This document shows positions 41,908 to 50,525 of a DNA stretch of 64,000 nt, piece after piece. The stretch lies in contig JAKFVH010000073.1 of the NCBI GenBank assembly GCA_021732285.1, forward strand, positions 2,862 to 66,861. Reading direction: 5' to 3'. The position numbers and the translations under genes were made by a program. This stretch comes from Reyranella sp. Its GTDB lineage: Bacteria > Pseudomonadota > Alphaproteobacteria > Reyranellales > Reyranellaceae. Within the stretch, counting starts at the first letter, position 1, and each line of letters opens with the position of its first letter. The notes below the pieces were generated by a model, which worked only from the letters and a program-made list of their open reading frames with translations, searched no databases and was not told the origin of the DNA.

Positions 41908-44900
41908 TTACTCGTCCATCACCGCCGCCGGCAGAAGGATTTCGAAACAGGCGCCACCCTCGGCCCGGTTCCTGGCCGAGATCTCGCCGTCCATCTCCTC
42001 GACGATGCGCCGGCAGATGCGCAGGCCGAGGCCAGTGCCCTTGCCGCGCGCCTTGGTGGTGACGAAGGCCACGAACAGGCGCGACAGCACGTCGGGCGCG
42101 ATGCCCGGTCCTGAATCCTCGACCGCGATACGCACCAGCGGCCGGCCGCCTCGCTCGACGGCGCTGGCGGCGACGGAGATGGTGCTGCCGCCGGCATCGC
42201 GCGCATTGTTGATCAGGTTGACCAGCACCTGCTCGAGCCGGGCGACATGGCCCATGACGGGAGGCAGGTCGTCGGGCAGCGACGCCGACAGTGTCGTCTG
42301 CTGCTGTCGCAGGCCATGGCCCGTGAGATCGACCGCGCCCCGCACGGCGTCGGCGATCCGGAACGGCACGGGGTCGTCGCCGGCGCTGGCGCCGCGCACG
42401 AAGGCCCTGAGGTCGCCGACGATGCGGCTGGCACGCTCGACCTGAAGGGTGATGCGGCCGAGCTTGGTCGCCATGAAGTCCGGATCGGCGGTAGTGCCGC
42501 GCTTGGTGGCCTCGGACAGCTCGTCGCTGGCGGTATGGCAAGCGAGGTCGATCACCTGCAACGGCTGGCTGAGCTCGTGGGCCACCGTCGCCGCCATTTC
42601 GCCGACAGTGGTGAGACGCTCGGCGGCGTACAAGGCATGCTCGGCCTCGCGCCGCTCGGTCTCGTCGACACCCAGGAAGGCGATCTGGCGCACCACCCCC
42701 GACGAATCGAGGATCGGGCTCGCCGTCAGGCTGAACAGCCGATGCCGGCCCGATGCGTCGATGAGTGAGCGCGTATACCTCGCCGGTTCCGTATGCTCGC
42801 CGGCCAGCCATTGCCGATACACACTCATCTCGAGAGCCGTCCCGACCGTCTCGGTCACCGGCCGGCCGACCAGGTCTTCCTCAGTCACACCATGGATGTT
42901 CAAGACCTCGCGATTGACCACGATGACCCTGAGATCGCGGTCAGTCAGTATCAGCCCGGCGCCGATCGATCCGACGATCGAACGCAGGTTGCCCATCTCC
43001 TCGGCGAGCCGGCGCTCGAGCTGCACACGCGCCTCGATGTCGCGCACGATGGCGACGATGAGCGACTTGCCGTCCTCCCCCCACACTTTTCGGCAGTTTG
43101 CCTCGACGTGTCTCTTCTCGCCGCCGGCCGTGAGGACGCGATAGTGTAACTGAACGAGCTGCGGCTGGCCGCCGGCGAGGCTGCCCCTGATGGTCGCGCG
43201 CACGCTCCCCCTGTCTTCGCCGACGATATGATCGAACGCATCGGCGCCGACCATCTGCAAGCCCCAGAGATCAGTCGCGGCGGCATTGGCGAAGACGATG
43301 CGGTTGCTGCGCGGGTCGACCTTGAGCACCACGTCGCCCATTGAATCGAGCAGCGCCTGGTACTCGGCGCGGGCATGCTCGACTTCAGCCATCTGCCGTT
43401 CCAGACGTGCCGTGAGCTCGACGCGCTCCGTCACGTCGCGCATCACGCCGACCGCCGCCACGGTCTGGCCAGGGCCACCCGGCGGCCGGCGATAGCGGCA
43501 TTCCATGTGCTTGATCGAGCCGTCAGCCCGCTTCATGCGCAGATTGATATGGCGTACCGCTTCGTCCGTCGACCGCAGGTGAGCGCGGGCGGCCGCGCTG
43601 GCGCGCTCCAGGTCCTCGGCGTCCAGGAAATCGGCAAAGCGCTTGCCGACAACGTTTGCGGCCGGCATTTCCAGCAAGTCGATGGCGGCGGCGCTGGCGA
43701 AGGTGAAGACGCCCTTTGCATCGAGCGCGTAGACCATGTCGGAGAGCGAATCGACCAGCGCCTGATAGTCGGCCCGGGCACGCTCGATCTCGAGCTCCTG
43801 GTTCTTCAGGTCGGTGACGTCGACCCGAAGGCCGACCGTGCCACCGCTCGGTGTCTCTTTCTCGAGCCACTCGATCCAACGATTTTTCGTCGTCTTGCGA
43901 AGGTGTCGACTTTCCTTGGAGCGAAAACGCCTGATCCACGACTCCGGCCCCTCGACCACCTCGGCTTCGGTAGCCTCGCCGTTGCGCACACGCGCATAAC
44001 ACAATTCGGCGTAAGTCATGCCAATGGCGCCGGGCCGGGCGAGGCCGGGCGTGATGGCGGCCGCGGCCTTGTTGAACATCACCAACCGCTCGTCCTTGTC
44101 GTAGAGCACGACGCCCGCCGGCAGCGCATCGATGGTTTCCTGGAGTAGGTCGCGCGCGTGCTCGATCTCCATCTCGTGGTTCTTGAGATCGGTGACGTCG
44201 ACCCTGAGACCGACCGTCCGGCCGGACGGCGTGAGCTTCTCCGACCATTCGAACCAGCGTTCGCCGACCGCCTGGCGCATGATCTGCCGGCCCTTGCTGC
44301 GGAAACGCGCGATCCATTCCTCGGCGGTGTTCTCGAGCGGCGCGCCGAACTCTCCCGACAGCTTGGCGGTCTCGCGCGCCAAGTCCGTGTAGGAAATGCC
44401 GATGATGCCAGGCCGCTTCAGCACCGGCGTCGAGGCCATGGCGGCGGCATTGAACATGACCAGCCGTTCGTTCTGGTCGTAGACCACGACGCCTGCCGAC
44501 AGGCTGTCGATCGTCTCCTGCAGGAGATCGCGCGCCTCTCCGGCGGCCTGCCATTGCCGCTGGTGCTCCATCGAGGCGCGGCCGACCAGCAGGATCAGCA
44601 CCAGGCCGGCGGAAACGAAGCCCGCCGTGCTGAGCGTCAACACCAGGAGCGCCCAACCGTAGTCGTCGACCAGCTTGCCGATCAGCACATCCACGCTCTG
44701 CGCGTCCGCGGCACTCGCCGCGTTGAACCGGCCGAGCAGGACGATGGCCTTGCCCAGCGTCGCCCGGTCGAGCAGGCGGCTCGGCGGGTTGAACGCCTTG
44801 ATCTCGCCCACGAGCAAGGCATGCATCGCCGCGGCCTCGGCGCAGATCACCGGCTGGCGCGCGATGTCGGATGACACTCCGCCCGCCTGGCCACAAGCCT

Positions 44901-45219
44901 CGGTCAGCGCAGCCTCGAACCGCGCCCACGCCTTGCGCAAGGATGCTTCGGCGTCGGCAGCCGGAAGCTGGTCGTAGGTCATGAGATGGACGGAATGCAT
45001 CAACTGCCGCGTGCTCTGGTCGAGCGCCAGCAGATCGGCCGTCCTGTGTCGGGTGTAGCCCGCCTCCGTGGCACGCAACGACAGCACGATGCTGGCCATG
45101 GAGATCGCGCAGCACAGCAGGCCGACCGCGCCAGCTGCCGTCGCCCAGATGACACCGCGCGTGCCGAGTGCGAGCCTGGCTTGGTCGGGAAAAGAACGTA
45201 TGAGGTCGAAAAGCTGCAT
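41908..45219 (-). CDS. Membrane-bound multi-PAS sensor histidine kinase
   Basis: Two TM segments, about 5 PAS domains, H-box VAHELSQPL, N-box NLINNA, DSGPG, GTGLGL; start uncertain. Confidence 0.93.
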   Translation of the reverse strand: MQLFDLIRSFPDQARLALGTRGVIWATAAGAVGLLCCAISMASIVLSLRATEAGYTRHRTADLLALDQSTRQLMHSVHLMTYDQLPAADAEASLRKAWARFEAALTEACGQAGGVSSDIARQPVICAEAAAMHALLVGEIKAFNPPSRLLDRATLGKAIVLLGRFNAASAADAQSVDVLIGKLVDDYGWALLVLTLSTAGFVSAGLVLILLVGRASMEHQRQWQAAGEARDLLQETIDSLSAGVVVYDQNERLVMFNAAAMASTPVLKRPGIIGISYTDLARETAKLSGEFGAPLENTAEEWIARFRSKGRQIMRQAVGERWFEWSEKLTPSGRTVGLRVDVTDLKNHEMEIEHARDLLQETIDALPAGVVLYDKDERLVMFNKAAAAITPGLARPGAIGMTYAELCYARVRNGEATEAEVVEGPESWIRRFRSKESRHLRKTTKNRWIEWLEKETPSGGTVGLRVDVTDLKNQELEIERARADYQALVDSLSDMVYALDAKGVFTFASAAAIDLLEMPAANVVGKRFADFLDAEDLERASAAARAHLRSTDEAVRHINLRMKRADGSIKHMECRYRRPPGGPGQTVAAVGVMRDVTERVELTARLERQMAEVEHARAEYQALLDSMGDVVLKVDPRSNRIVFANAAATDLWGLQMVGADAFDHIVGEDRGSVRATIRGSLAGGQPQLVQLHYRVLTAGGEKRHVEANCRKVWGEDGKSLIVAIVRDIEARVQLERRLAEEMGNLRSIVGSIGAGLILTDRDLRVIVVNREVLNIHGVTEEDLVGRPVTETVGTALEMSVYRQWLAGEHTEPARYTRSLIDASGRHRLFSLTASPILDSSGVVRQIAFLGVDETERREAEHALYAAERLTTVGEMAATVAHELSQPLQVIDLACHTASDELSEATKRGTTADPDFMATKLGRITLQVERASRIVGDLRAFVRGASAGDDPVPFRIADAVRGAVDLTGHGLRQQQTTLSASLPDDLPPVMGHVARLEQVLVNLINNARDAGGSTISVAASAVERGGRPLVRIAVEDSGPGIAPDVLSRLFVAFVTTKARGKGTGLGLRICRRIVEEMDGEISARNRAEGGACFEILLPAAVMDE

Positions 45220-45614
45220 GCCCCTCGGCCGGGCGATTATTGCCGGACCGCGCAGCCGGACCGTTGACACTATAGAAGCCCCCTGCTCCGGTCGAGAAAC
45301 CGGAGCTACCAACTGTGGTGCACAAAGGGGCAGAGGTCACCCCTTTATGGTTCCGTTGTGGATGCATTGCCATTGCGGTGAAAATAGGTGCCGCCACAAC
45401 CGCCGCCGCGGCCTATATCCGCACGAATAGGGTGCGCGAGCGGCTGTTCCGCTGTGACGACTATCGCTCTCGGCCTTCTCCACACCCGCCGATTGACTCG
45501 CCCAAGCCGGGGTGAAACGATTTCCAGGACAAGACTTCGCTCCGGCCGAGTTCCGTAGCGACCACGTCCGGAGCCTTTGTGCGCAAACGACCGCGCCAGC
45601 AGGAGGACGTTGTC

Positions 45615-47687
45615 ATGGCCGACATCAAATCCGAGACCATCACTGGAGGCAGACCAGGCAGCGGCGCGCATCGCGTGGTGGCGCTGTGCGGGCCGTATCT
45701 CTCGGGCAAGACCAGCCTGCTCGAGAGCATCCTCTACGCCACGGGGGCCATCGGCCGGCGCGGCTCGACGCGCGCAGGCACCTCCATCGGCGACGGTGCC
45801 GCCGAGGCGCGCAAGCGCGGCATGGGCACCGAGATCAACGTCGCCTCGGTCGACTATCTCGGCGATCAATGGACCTTCCTCGACGTCCCGGGCTCGATCG
45901 AGTTCCAGCACGATGCCTTTGCGGCGTTGGCCGTGAGCGACGCGGCCGTGCTGGTCTGCGAACCCTCGCCCGAGCGCGTCGTGGCGCTGACGCCGCTCTT
46001 GAAGTTCATCGAAGACCACCACATCCCCCACGTCATCTTCATCAACAAGATCGATTCCGCCGAGGTCCGCGTGCGCGACATGCTGTCGGCGCTGCAGTCG
46101 ATCTCGTCGCGCAAGCTGCTGCTACGCCAGGTGCCGATCCGCCACACGGCGGCCGACGGCAGCGAGGAGACGGTGGGCTATGTCGACCTCGTGAGCGAGC
46201 GCGCCTACCGCTACAAGTCGAGCGGCGCGTCCGACCTGATCGAGATGCCGGCCGAGATCCTGCCGCGCGAGAGCGAAGCCCGCCGCGAGATGCTGGAGAC
46301 GCTGTCGGAGTTCGACGACCAGCTCCTCGAGCAGCTCATCGAGGACATCGCGCCCGAGAAGTCGCTGATCTACCGCGACCTGCACGACGAGTTCGGCGCC
46401 GACCAGATCTCGCCCGTCTTGCTGGGCGCCGGCGATCGCGAGAACGGCGTGCGCCGGCTGCTCAAGGCGCTGCGCCATGACGCGCCGTTCGTCGCCGAGA
46501 CCGCCAAGCGGCGCGCGCTGCCGTCCAACGGCGTGGCCATGGCCGAATGCTTCAAGGTCCTGCACCAGAGCCATGCCGGCAAGCTGTCGCTCTGCCGAGT
46601 CTGGTCGGGCAGCCTGGTCGAGGGCCAGAGCGTCGGCGGCCAGCGCATCGGCACGCTGCTGAGGCCGTTCGGCCAGCGCCTCGACAAGATCGCCGAGGCC
46701 AAGGCCGGCGAGATCGTGGCGCTGGCCAAGGTCGACGCGTTGTCGGGCGGCCAGTCGCTGGCGGCCGCGGGCATTGTCGCGAGCGCGGACTTCCCCAAGG
46801 CCGACCCGCCGGTGTTCGCGCTGTCGCTCAGGGCCAAGAACCGCAACGACGAGGTCAAGCTCTCGGGCGCCCTGCACAAGATCGTCGAGGAAGACCCGTC
46901 GCTTTCCTTCGAGGCGCGCGGCGAGACCCACGAGCTGCTGATCAAGGGCCAGGGCGAGATGCACCTGAAGGTCGCGGTCGACAAGCTCGCCGGCCGCTAC
47001 AACGTCGCGGTCGACACCGAGACGCCGCGGGTCGCCTACCGCGAGACCATCCAGGGCGGCAGCCAGCAGCATGCCCGCTACAAGCGCCAGACAGGCGGCC
47101 ACGGCCAGTTCGCCGACATCAAGGTCGAGATCAAGCCCTTGGCCCGCGGCTCGGGCTTCCGCTTCGTCGACAAGGTCGTGGGCGGCGTGGTGCCGCGCAA
47201 CTTCATCCCGGCGGTCGAGGAGGGCCTGGTCGACTACCTGAAGGAAGGCCCGCTCGGCCAACCGGTGGTCGACCTCGAGGTCACGCTGTTCGACGGCCAG
47301 TACCACTCCGTCGACAGCTCGGAAATGTCGTTCAAGATGGCCGCGCGCATCGCCATGAGCGAGGCCATGCCCAAGTGCAAGCCGGTGCTGCTGGAGCCCA
47401 TCCTCAAGGTGACGGTGGCCGCGCCCAACGACGCCACGCCGCGCATCCAGCGCCTGATCTCCGGCCGCCGCGGCCAGCTTCTGGGCTACGACGCGCGCGA
47501 GGGCTGGAACGGCTGGGACGAGGTCTCCGCCCTCATGCCCGAGGCCGAGATCGCCGACATGATCGTCGAGATCCGCTCGGTCACCCAGGGTGTGGGCACC
47601 TTCCGCACCGAGTTCGACCATCTGCAGGAGCTGGTCGGGCGCACCGCCGACCGCATCGTCGAGGAAAGCAAGAAGCGGGCGGCCTAG
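45615..47687 (+). CDS. Elongation factor G-like protein (EF-G2 type)
   Basis: Full EF-G domain layout (EEDPS, GEMHL, VAYRETI, KRQTGGHGQF, YHSVDSSEMSF, LLEP) with divergent G motifs; AGGAGG RBS. Confidence 0.93.
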   Translation: MADIKSETITGGRPGSGAHRVVALCGPYLSGKTSLLESILYATGAIGRRGSTRAGTSIGDGAAEARKRGMGTEINVASVDYLGDQWTFLDVPGSIEFQHDAFAALAVSDAAVLVCEPSPERVVALTPLLKFIEDHHIPHVIFINKIDSAEVRVRDMLSALQSISSRKLLLRQVPIRHTAADGSEETVGYVDLVSERAYRYKSSGASDLIEMPAEILPRESEARREMLETLSEFDDQLLEQLIEDIAPEKSLIYRDLHDEFGADQISPVLLGAGDRENGVRRLLKALRHDAPFVAETAKRRALPSNGVAMAECFKVLHQSHAGKLSLCRVWSGSLVEGQSVGGQRIGTLLRPFGQRLDKIAEAKAGEIVALAKVDALSGGQSLAAAGIVASADFPKADPPVFALSLRAKNRNDEVKLSGALHKIVEEDPSLSFEARGETHELLIKGQGEMHLKVAVDKLAGRYNVAVDTETPRVAYRETIQGGSQQHARYKRQTGGHGQFADIKVEIKPLARGSGFRFVDKVVGGVVPRNFIPAVEEGLVDYLKEGPLGQPVVDLEVTLFDGQYHSVDSSEMSFKMAARIAMSEAMPKCKPVLLEPILKVTVAAPNDATPRIQRLISGRRGQLLGYDAREGWNGWDEVSALMPEAEIADMIVEIRSVTQGVGTFRTEFDHLQELVGRTADRIVEESKKRAA

Positions 47688-47795
47688 GATCAGGCTCCCC
47701 TCACAAGGCGGTGAAGCCGCTCCACGGCGGCTTCTCCCGGCTGGCAATCGCCCGCATACTTGTCCGGTGGAATGGTTCCACGGGGGATGGATCTC

Positions 47796-48230
47796 ATGTT
47801 CAACAGAAGGTCCGTGATGGTGGGCGGCCTGGCGATGGCCACCGCACCGTCATTGACCCGCATCGCGCACGCCCAGTCTGGGAAGCCGATGCTGGTGTTC
47901 GTCGGTCACGAACTTTGAGGCGGCTGCAAGATCTGGCGTGCCCAGTCTGAACCTGACTTCAAGAAGTCAGACGCCTTCAGCAAGCTCGACTACCAGGTGG
48001 TCTATCCCGCCAACGCCGACCTCGTGACGGCGGAAGCGAGCTGGCCTGCCGCGGCCAAACCCGTGCGCACCGCCTTCCTCGACAGCGACGAGGGCAAGGC
48101 AAACGGGTCCAAGACGCCGCGCTTCATCCTCTTCCAGGACGGCAACGTCATTCTTGCAGTCACCGGCAATGCCGGCTGGAAGGATCAGATGTGGCCGAAG
48201 CTCGTCGAGGTGACGGGTACCAAGGCCTGA
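47796..48230 (+). CDS. Putative selenoprotein: Tat-exported thioredoxin-fold protein with UxxC motif
   Basis: MFNRRSVMVGGLAMATAPSLTRIAHAQSGKPMLVFVGHEL-U-GGCKIW...TPRFILF...; in-frame TGA at 47916-47918; both sides align with the adjacent paralog; SECIS-like hairpin follows. Confidence 0.78.
47929..47948 (+). promoter_or_regulatory. Candidate bacterial SECIS element
   Basis: AGA-(U)-CUGG-CGUGC-CCAG-UCU; bulged U at +14 and GU at +20/+21 after the UGA. Confidence 0.68.
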
Positions 48231-48235
48231 GAATG

Positions 48236-48360
48236 CTTCCTCCCCAGCTTCGCTGGGGAGGTGGCCCGCAGGGCCGGAGGGGTCATGGACGACAGTACTG
48301 ATGCTCATGACCCCTCCGCCCGCTACGCGGGCACCTCCCCATCGTAAGACGATGGGGAGG
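48236..48360. repeat. CTCCCC/GGGGAG multi-hairpin palindromic repeat
   Basis: Same architecture as 35294-35425, sharing CCTCCCCAGCTTCGCTGGGGAGG and GATGCTCATGACCCCTCCG. Confidence 0.9.
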
Positions 48361-48440
48361 CAAGACTCGCTGCCTTTTCCTCGTTGGCGGCTTGGATCAT
48401 ATTGACCCCGTGGAGCGTTCCACGGGGGAGATGAAGTCGT

Positions 48441-48890
48441 ATGGTCCTGAGACGTTTCTTGATGGCGAGCCTGGCGATGGCCGCTGCGGTGCTGTGCGCA
48501 CCCGTTGTCGACGCGCAAACGCCCGCTGCCAGCCAGGGCGCGAAGGCGCAGTTGATCCTCGTCTGCCACGACCAGTCAGAGGCGTGCAAAACGTGGCACA
48601 GCCAGTGGCAGCCACTGTTCGCCGCCAGCCCCGCTTACAAGATGATCGACATCCAGACGATCAACGCACCCAACGCCAAGGCAATGATGCAGCCCAAGGC
48701 CTGGCCCGCCAATCTGAGCTGGCTGCTCGACACCTTCCTGATGAGCCAGGTAGGCAGATGGGAGGAATACGAAACCCCGCGGTTCTTCCTGCTGCAGAAC
48801 GGCCAGCTCACGGCGAGCACCGCCGGCAACAACGGCTGGCGTGACTATATGTGGCCGACGATCCTCGACATCACGAACACCAAACCCTGA
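48441..48890 (+). CDS. Exported thioredoxin-fold protein with SxxC motif, paralog of 47796-48230
   Basis: RR signal peptide, LILVCHDQ-SEAC-KTW, WPA, TPRFFL.Q.G, GN.GW.D.MWP. Confidence 0.8.
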   Translation: MVLRRFLMASLAMAAAVLCAPVVDAQTPAASQGAKAQLILVCHDQSEACKTWHSQWQPLFAASPAYKMIDIQTINAPNAKAMMQPKAWPANLSWLLDTFLMSQVGRWEEYETPRFFLLQNGQLTASTAGNNGWRDYMWPTILDITNTKP

Positions 48891-48906
48891 CCAACCGGAG
48901 GCCAAG

Positions 48907-49419
48907 ATGACGAACGAGCTGTTCCGCAGTCAACTCGCATCCTACGCGTCGGTGCATCGCGACTGGCGCAACAAGGCGACCCACTTCGTCGGTATCCCGA
49001 TCATCGTCTTCTCGCTGCTGCTGATCCTGTCGCTGTGGCGCTTCGAGGTCGGCGACCGGCAATGGACGCTGTCGCTCGCCATCACCATCGTGGCGGTGCT
49101 GGGCTGGATGGCGCTCGATCTCGGCATCGGCATCGTCATGGCCCTGATCATGGCGGTCGCCTGGTACGCCGCCGAGGCCTTCGCCGGCGCGCTGGGCTCG
49201 GCGCAGGCCGTGTGGATCGCCTTCATCGTCCTGTTCGTCGGCGGATGGGTGCTGCAGCTCCTCGGCCATCACTACGAGGGCAAGCGGCCGGCGCTGATGG
49301 ACAATATCTTCCAGGCCTTCATCGGGCCGATGTTCCTGGTTGCCGAAGCCATGGTCGTCATGGGCCAGCGCCGCGATCTTGCCGACGCCATGGGCGAAGG
49401 TGACGTCACGGCGCGGTGA
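48907..49419 (+). CDS. DUF962/Mpo1-like membrane protein
   Basis: Y...H....N...H..GIP, GW..Q..GH..EG.RPA. Confidence 0.88.
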   Translation: MTNELFRSQLASYASVHRDWRNKATHFVGIPIIVFSLLLILSLWRFEVGDRQWTLSLAITIVAVLGWMALDLGIGIVMALIMAVAWYAAEAFAGALGSAQAVWIAFIVLFVGGWVLQLLGHHYEGKRPALMDNIFQAFIGPMFLVAEAMVVMGQRRDLADAMGEGDVTAR

Positions 49420-49486
49420 GCAGGGTTGATTTGCACCCGAGCCGCCGCGACGCCAGATAAGCGCGGGGCGTAGAGGAGTTCTACTC

Positions 49487-50443
49487 ATGTTGATCAAGCG
49501 CAGACGCGGCTGGGAATTGGGCGAAAACCAGGCAACGCCTGAAGGCACCTATTTGCAGCGCCGGTCGCTGGTGAAGGCCATGGGTCTCGGCGCCGCCTCG
49601 CTCGCCCTTCCGGCCATCGCCTCGGCCCAAGACAAGGATCCATCCGCCGCACTTTATCCGGCCAAGCGCAACGACAAGTTCGGCGTGCCCACGCCGATGA
49701 CCGCCGAGAAGCTGGCGACGACCTACAACAACTTCTACGAATTCGGCACCGACAAGAGCATCTGGCGCGATGCCCAGAAGCTCGAGGTGCGTCCCTGGAC
49801 CATCAAGGTCTCGGGCATGGTCGAGAAGCCGTTCGAGATCGGCATCGACGATCTCTTGGCCAAGGTCCAGCTCGAGGAGCGCGTCTATCGCCATCGCTGC
49901 GTCGAGACGTGGTCGATGATCGTGCCGTGGAGCGGCTTTCCGATGCGCTCGCTGGTCGAGCTGTGCAAGCCCACGAGCGGCGCCAAGTTCGTGGTGATGA
50001 AGACGCTCAGCAAGCCCGCGGTGATGCGCGAGCAGCGCGACCCGCTCTATCCCTGGCCCTATACCGAGGGCCTGGCGATGGACGAGGCGATGAACGACCT
50101 CACCTTCATCGCCACCGGCCTCTACGGCAAGCCGATCCACAAGCAGAACGGCGCGCCGCTCAGGCTCGTGGCGCCGTGGAAGTACGGCTTCAAGAACGTG
50201 AAGTCGATCGTCTCAGTCGAGTTCAGCGATAGGCGACCGGTCTCGTTCTGGGAGAAGCTGCAGGCGAGCGAGTACGGCTTCTGGGCCAACGTGAACCCGC
50301 AGGTGGCGCATCCGCGCTGGAGCCAGGCGACCGAGAAGCCGCTGGGCAGCGAACAACGCATCCCCACCCTGCTCTACAACGGCTACGGCGAGTTCGTGGC
50401 CGGGCTTTACGCCGACCGCAAAGCGGAAAAGCTCTTCATGTAA
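49487..50443 (+). CDS. msrP: Protein-methionine-sulfoxide reductase catalytic subunit
   Basis: Tat signal, YNNFYEFG, RCVETWSM, WPYTEGL, PWKYGFK, EYGFWANVNP, HPRWSQA. Confidence 0.96.
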   Translation: MLIKRRRGWELGENQATPEGTYLQRRSLVKAMGLGAASLALPAIASAQDKDPSAALYPAKRNDKFGVPTPMTAEKLATTYNNFYEFGTDKSIWRDAQKLEVRPWTIKVSGMVEKPFEIGIDDLLAKVQLEERVYRHRCVETWSMIVPWSGFPMRSLVELCKPTSGAKFVVMKTLSKPAVMREQRDPLYPWPYTEGLAMDEAMNDLTFIATGLYGKPIHKQNGAPLRLVAPWKYGFKNVKSIVSVEFSDRRPVSFWEKLQASEYGFWANVNPQVAHPRWSQATEKPLGSEQRIPTLLYNGYGEFVAGLYADRKAEKLFM

Positions 50444-50525
50444 CGCTGGGCTGCCTTCCTTTGCCTTGCCGCGCCGGCCCGCGCTAAAACGGGCATCGGC
50501 CCGCGAGGCCAAGGGAGGATTTTCA

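Noticed and set aside
47796-48230. Simple pseudogene reading of the TGA-interrupted ORF
   Set aside because: Disfavoured but not excluded: the stop falls exactly on the redox-active position, there is no other lesion, and a correctly spaced SECIS-like hairpin follows.
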